DNA from: Candidatus Enterousia sp.
Lineage (GTDB): Bacteria > Pseudomonadota > Alphaproteobacteria > Rs-D84
Length of the DNA: 64,000 bases
Reading direction: 5' to 3'
Assembly: GCA_045651525.1 (NCBI GenBank)
Contig: JAZRSO010000036.1
Coordinates: 2,016-66,015, forward strand
Of the stretch, positions 63,252 through 64,000 are shown piece after piece (positions within the stretch are counted from its first letter, which is position 1; each line of letters opens with the position of its first letter). The position numbers and the translations under genes were made by a program. Under the pieces are notes generated by a model. That model had not been told where the DNA came from, made no database searches, and saw only the letters and a list, made by a program, of their open reading frames with translations.

Positions 63252-63455
63252 ATGGCAAATTATTGCATAACTTTTTCGTACGATTGCAATCATTGTTCTA
63301 AGACTGGCGAATGCAGTTGTTCCAAGGATTGTTTAAACAAGATTGAATTAAACCCGACACCAGAAATGGAGCTGTTGATTTCTCATTTTCTGGAACAAAA
63401 AAAGCAAAACGATAATATAATATATCAACTTAAACAGATAGTCCAAGGGATGTAA
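63252..63455 (+). CDS. Small Cys-rich protein c4 (67 aa)
   Basis: MANYCITFSYDCNHCSKTGECSCSKDC followed by a helical tail. Separated from its neighbours by 5-nt gaps. Confidence 0.5.
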   Translation: MANYCITFSYDCNHCSKTGECSCSKDCLNKIELNPTPEMELLISHFLEQKKQNDNIIYQLKQIVQGM

Positions 63456-63460
63456 AATAT

Positions 63461-64000
63461 ATGACACCACAGCAATATTTTGATTTGGTTGTTCCGACTG
63501 TTGATATGTCTATACGGTCAGAACTGTACCATACAAACGAATTTAATTTTGCGGTGGCGGTAATTTTGTCTGCCCAGGCAACAGACAAAAAAGTGAACGA
63601 GGTTACACCACGCCTGTTTGAAATAGCCCCAACACCACAAAAAATGTTAGAACTGGGGCTGGATGGTTTAAAAGAACATATCAAAGTTATATCTTTCTTT
63701 AATAACAAGGCGAAAAATATTATTGCGTTGGCACAAAAACTGTCGGATGAAAATATAACAGATAAATTTTCTGAAAAATATCATAACCGTGATGCTTTGA
63801 TGAAATTGCCGGGGATTGGTCAAAAGACTGCAAATGTTGTTTGTAACGTTTTGTGGAATGCACCGAATATCGGTGTTGATACACATGTATTTCGCAACGC
63901 ACACAGATATGGATGGGTGGGCGACGCAGATAACACCCCAGAAAAAGTAGAAGAAAAATTATTAAAAAAAATTCCTAAAAAATATCACCCGATTGTAAAC
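63461..64000 (+). CDS. nth: Endonuclease III (Nth), N-terminal 180 codons (continues past right edge)
   Basis: Not in the ORF track because it has no in-window stop. AVAVILSAQATDKKVNEVTPRLF, the HhH motif LPGIGQKTANVV, and GVDTHVFR. Confidence 0.85.
   Translation, partial: MTPQQYFDLVVPTVDMSIRSELYHTNEFNFAVAVILSAQATDKKVNEVTPRLFEIAPTPQKMLELGLDGLKEHIKVISFFNNKAKNIIALAQKLSDENITDKFSEKYHNRDALMKLPGIGQKTANVVCNVLWNAPNIGVDTHVFRNAHRYGWVGDADNTPEKVEEKLLKKIPKKYHPIVN

Noticed and set aside
1-64000. Mobile elements (IS, integrase, prophage) or toxin-antitoxin/defence islands
   Set aside because: I recognised no transposase, integrase, recombinase, phage structural gene, restriction-modification gene, Cas gene or reverse transcriptase in any frame. 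The tRNA-adjacent cassettes lack att-like tRNA 3'-end duplications.

Overview
AT-rich, tightly packed chromosomal segment that looks like a genome-reduced alphaproteobacterium of the Rickettsiales/Holosporales type. This is inferred from scattered P-type T4SS genes (a stand-alone virD4 and five VirB6/TrbL-like paralogs), ppdK, a class-2 IleRS, an alpha-type SspB and rsmG-parA-parB. I support about 65 protein genes and 3 tRNAs (Cys-GCA, Val-GAC, Val-UAC), all read by eye. I found no rRNA, CRISPR array, transposase or integrase. Most of the window is housekeeping: recF, metG, ppdK, rpoH, pnp, infC, der, lptD-surA-rlmN, mutS, truB, rpsO, ileS, nth. Three real ORFs are missing from the supplied track: a TolC-like gene at the left edge, nth at the right edge, and a 48-aa Cys-rich ORF. 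The most unusual signals are: (1) An unclassified structured leader RNA with clear anti-antiterminator/antiterminator/terminator logic sits in front of micro-ORFs. It occurs as a tandem ~479-bp duplication next to tRNA-Cys (1036-1992) and as a third, diverged copy at 8414-8790. In the tandem pair the substitutions pile up in the RNA hairpins while the ORFs stay almost identical. (2) ileS is preceded by a leader peptide, MKTATIIIIK, followed by an intrinsic terminator, which is a classical attenuator; metG has a possibly analogous leader terminator. (3) Two diverged paralogous genes lie between mutS and truB, and their junctions are perfectly conserved hybrids of the flanking junctions, including a copied truB start. 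(4) Five VirB6-like membrane paralogs form one array, and three of them share an N-terminal C-(W/F)-x-C motif. (5) Four small cysteine-rich ORFs lie between ileS and nth. Other notable genes are an orphan radical-SAM gene, an HExxH protein, a SuhB lacking catalytic residues and a TrpF-like gene coupled to rlmN. All calls come from reading the sequence and recalling motifs; no database search was run.
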